Positions 55,347-58,341 of a DNA stretch of 58,341 nt are shown piece after piece; within the stretch, counting starts at the first letter, position 1, and every line of letters starts with the position of its first letter. The notes beneath the pieces were generated by a model that saw only the letters and a list, made by a program, of their open reading frames with translations, ran no database searches and was not told where the DNA came from. The DNA comes from Bacteroidetes bacterium UBA6661 (GTDB lineage Bacteria; Bacteroidota; Bacteroidia; AKYH767-A; OLB10), in the NCBI GenBank assembly GCA_002455375.1, contig DKKR01000101.1, forward strand, positions 54,227 to 112,567. The letters run 5' to 3'. Made by a program: the position numbers and the translations under genes.

Positions 55347-56765
55347 ATGAAAACAGTAATAGTTGTAATATTTGTTTTTTTATTTTCTAACGCTGCTAAA
55401 GCCCAAAACACCTTCGAAAAAGTAGTTGATACATTGGGTAGTGGTGGAGCAAATTGTATTATGCAAACTTTTGACGGGGGTTACATTTATTGTGGTGTAT
55501 GCTCTTTGAACGGCAATGATGCCATTATTGTTAAACTTGATTCTATTGGAACTATTGAATGGGTAAAAAGATATAGCGGACCAGGAATTGAGTCTGCGGA
55601 TTATATAGAACAATTGCCCGACAGTGGCTATATCGTAAATGCTATATATGATGGGGGATTGTATTCAAAAAGCTGGCTTTTGCGGCTTGATGTAAATGGC
55701 GATTCGCTTTGGACAAAAACATTTTCTGCTGGCACAGGTGCTACAGATCCATCGGTGCAAAATAGTATGACTTCAGTTAATAGTGCAATATATGGACTAA
55801 CGGGTTACTATAAGCCAATGCCTCCTACATTTATCAGTGCTTTTTTTATTGCAACAGCTGGAAATGGGTTTCAATTGTCAAATAAAATTTATAGTCCTTC
55901 AATTTATGGCACTGATTCTCGTTCAATAGAAAAAACATTTGACGGTGGTTTCGTAATGGCAGGTGTTATTGGGAAACCTTTTTCGCAATCTGATATTTAT
56001 GTAATCCGAACCAATACTTATGGTGATACCTTGTGGACAAAAGCTTATGACCTTTCATGGCATGAAGCAGCATTTGATATTTTCCAAACTAATGACAGCG
56101 GTTTTATAATAACGGGTATCGTTCAGAATTTATCGACATTTCAATATAATTTGAGTTTAATCAAAACTGATTCTAATGGAGACACCCTTTGGACAAAGCT
56201 TTATGGCGGTTCACTTACCTGCGAAGGACGTTCAATTCTTCAAACAAATGATGGAGGGTATGTTGTTGTGGGTACCATAAATAACCCTGATCCTCAAGTT
56301 TATATTTTAAAAGCTAATCAGAATGGAGATACAATATGGACAAAAGAATTTGGTAGCATAGCAGGTGACCATGGTTATTTTGTCAAACAAACCAAGGATG
56401 GCGGATACATCATTAGTGGTGATGGCTTTATTAATGGTGTTGGAGGTGCTTACATAATAAAAACCGACAGTTTAGGAAATATTAATTCCGGAACGGGTGT
56501 TGCCGAAGTAAATAACCCATTTAAGTTTAATATTTATCCCAATCCTTCAACCGGAATTTTTCAGGTACATGTTAACGGTATGGCAACGAAAACGGCATCC
56601 CTGTATATTTATAATACCACATCGCAACTAGTTTATGCCGGAAACATAATAAATAATAAACCTAAACAGATTAATTTATCCGAATTGGCTTCCGGTATTT
56701 ACTCACTCAGAACCATCATAGGAAGCCATCAATATTTTTCAAAAAAAATAGTCATTCAAAAGTAA
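55347..56765 (+). CDS. beta-propeller-like repeat protein with a T9SS type-A CTD
   Basis: Signal peptide. A recurring blade motif about every 45-55 aa (NGDSLWTKTF, YGDTLWTKAY, NGDTLWTKLY, NGDTIWTKEF). C-terminal IYPNPSTGIFQV..GIYSLRT..KIVIQK. Confidence 0.75.
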   Translation: MKTVIVVIFVFLFSNAAKAQNTFEKVVDTLGSGGANCIMQTFDGGYIYCGVCSLNGNDAIIVKLDSIGTIEWVKRYSGPGIESADYIEQLPDSGYIVNAIYDGGLYSKSWLLRLDVNGDSLWTKTFSAGTGATDPSVQNSMTSVNSAIYGLTGYYKPMPPTFISAFFIATAGNGFQLSNKIYSPSIYGTDSRSIEKTFDGGFVMAGVIGKPFSQSDIYVIRTNTYGDTLWTKAYDLSWHEAAFDIFQTNDSGFIITGIVQNLSTFQYNLSLIKTDSNGDTLWTKLYGGSLTCEGRSILQTNDGGYVVVGTINNPDPQVYILKANQNGDTIWTKEFGSIAGDHGYFVKQTKDGGYIISGDGFINGVGGAYIIKTDSLGNINSGTGVAEVNNPFKFNIYPNPSTGIFQVHVNGMATKTASLYIYNTTSQLVYAGNIINNKPKQINLSELASGIYSLRTIIGSHQYFSKKIVIQK

Positions 56766-56813
56766 ATCAACAATTATCAGTCTAACTATAAAAAACGAAA
56801 TAAAATGAAAAAG

Positions 56814-58341
56814 CAATTTTTGTTTGTTATCACACTTATTGTAGTTTATACATCAAGTTACTCGCAAAGTCAATTGAACCACTGGTACATTTCGCCAAAA
56901 AAGATGGACATGTCCTTGTCCCCACCGATTCCATCTACAATCTCGCCTACTTTTGGTGGAGTTTCTGCTGCTACTGTTGTACAGGTTGCTAATGGCATGT
57001 ATGACAAAGCGGGCAATCTTTTATTTTACGTGTCAGATGGAGGCGTATATGATTACAACAATACACTTATAGGCTCTCTTAATAATGGTGGAACAGAAAT
57101 AATAATAGTTCCATTTGGAGATAACGATACCATTAACAATTGCCATCGGAAGTTTAACGTTTTTACAACATCTGGAGGTTTTACAAGCGCAACAAGTTTG
57201 TGGCGTGCGGAGGTAGATTTGAACAGTTTATCTGTTACCTCAACACTTGTTGATACAATAAACTATTATGGCAATACAGGAACTGAGTTTGGAGCTATTG
57301 CTGTGGGTAGAGTAACCTCAAGCAAACGATATCTTTATTTTTTAGCAGGCCCGGGTACAACAAATTCAACAGCAGGAGGAATAAAAAAAGTAACCATCAA
57401 GAATGATGGTTCTGTAACCCTTAACGGTCGTATTTATCCCACGGTTGCAAATCCTAACAATAATACCGGTGCAGAAGTGTTTGCACAGGAATTGGATTTG
57501 TCGCCAGATGGAAAATGGCTGGCATGGGGTAGCTATGCTATGGTAAATCACCAATCGGGTACACAATTTCGATATCATATTTTGGAACTAGATGCAAGCG
57601 GTGATTATTTAAATAATTCTTATAAAAGATTTAATATTCCCAATTACACGGGCAATAACACTGTAAGCGATTTCAGAGGGATAGAATTTTACCAATCAGG
57701 TAACACTACAAAACTTTTTGTAGGTGCAGGTATAGATGGTATTTTTTATATTAATCTGCCATGGTCAAACTGGTCAAGCTATCCCACGCCTCCTCCAGCC
57801 TCTGATTTTACTCAGATAAGCGGCTCATCAGGCACAAACTTATCAACTTACGGTAAGTCACAAATTGAGCTTGCCTATAATGGAAGAATGTATGCTGCCT
57901 GCAATCCCAGCGGTAACATGTATAATATGGGTTCTTTTGATCCACAAAATTCTATTCCTCAAATATTGGGAAATAACTTTTCTTTTACTTTATCCAATGT
58001 TCCTGGCGGTACATGGGGTACTTCCTTTTACACCCTACCCGATCAGATAGATGGACAGGATTATAGTGCAATCACACCATCTGTTTCAGCACAGGTAGTA
58101 ACCACGCATACATTGAATTATCCTGACAATGCAATCACCAACCAAAGCACTACGTGGAGCTATGGCATAAGCAATCCATTGGGAGTAAGTGTACCAATAC
58201 ACGTAACAGGAGAATTGCGCATACGGCAAAATTCCAACCTTACCATTTCCGGCATGACGTTTAAATTTAGTCCGGAAGCAAAGGTTATTGTAGAGCCCGG
58301 CAGCACGCTAACACTTAAAGATGGTACGTTGTTAACGTCAA
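56814..58341 (+). CDS. secreted protein of unknown function, 3' end outside the window (absent from the ORF track because there is no stop codon)
   Basis: ATG at 56814 and signal peptide MKKQFLFVITLIVVYTSSYSQ. I translated this frame by hand and it stays open to base 58341 (>500 codons). The distal part (..LTISGMTFKFSPEAKVIVEPGSTLTLKDG..) looks beta-helix-like. Confidence 0.7.

Overview
This is a 58.3-kb chromosomal segment that looks like Bacteroidota. The evidence is many type IX secretion (T9SS) C-terminal sorting domains, a gldA-like ABC ATPase, TAnnTTTG-type -7 promoter boxes and AT-rich DNA with no Shine-Dalgarno signals. Housekeeping genes are present: the tyrS 3' end, secA, pheS, an RsuA/RluB-type pseudouridine synthase, dcp, a nucleoside phosphorylase and tandem USP genes. 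Between them sits a heavy load of secreted or T9SS-targeted proteins. These include two giant PKD-repeat adhesin-like proteins with type-B CTDs, a 1475-aa protein combining a lysyl-oxidase-like domain with a P-domain, an S8 subtilase, M43 and M16 peptidases, beta-propeller proteins, and an open-ended ORF at the 3' edge that the ORF track misses. I found no rRNA, tRNA, CRISPR array, transposase, integrase or recognisable phage-defence gene. I cannot point to a clear-cut novel system. The best leads are: (1) a membrane-anchored C45 acyltransferase and a PaaK-like ligase that are translationally coupled, next to two methyltransferases, one of them split by a C10 homopolymer (possible phase switch or sequencing error); (2) an orphan LytTR response regulator preceded by an unexplained terminator-like hairpin and followed by a 10-cysteine protein and unknown T9SS cargo; (3) the lysyl-oxidase/P-domain T9SS protein; (4) type-B CTD cargo genes with no adjacent porP/sprF partner. 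All functional calls come from motif recognition by eye and need HMM or BLAST confirmation.
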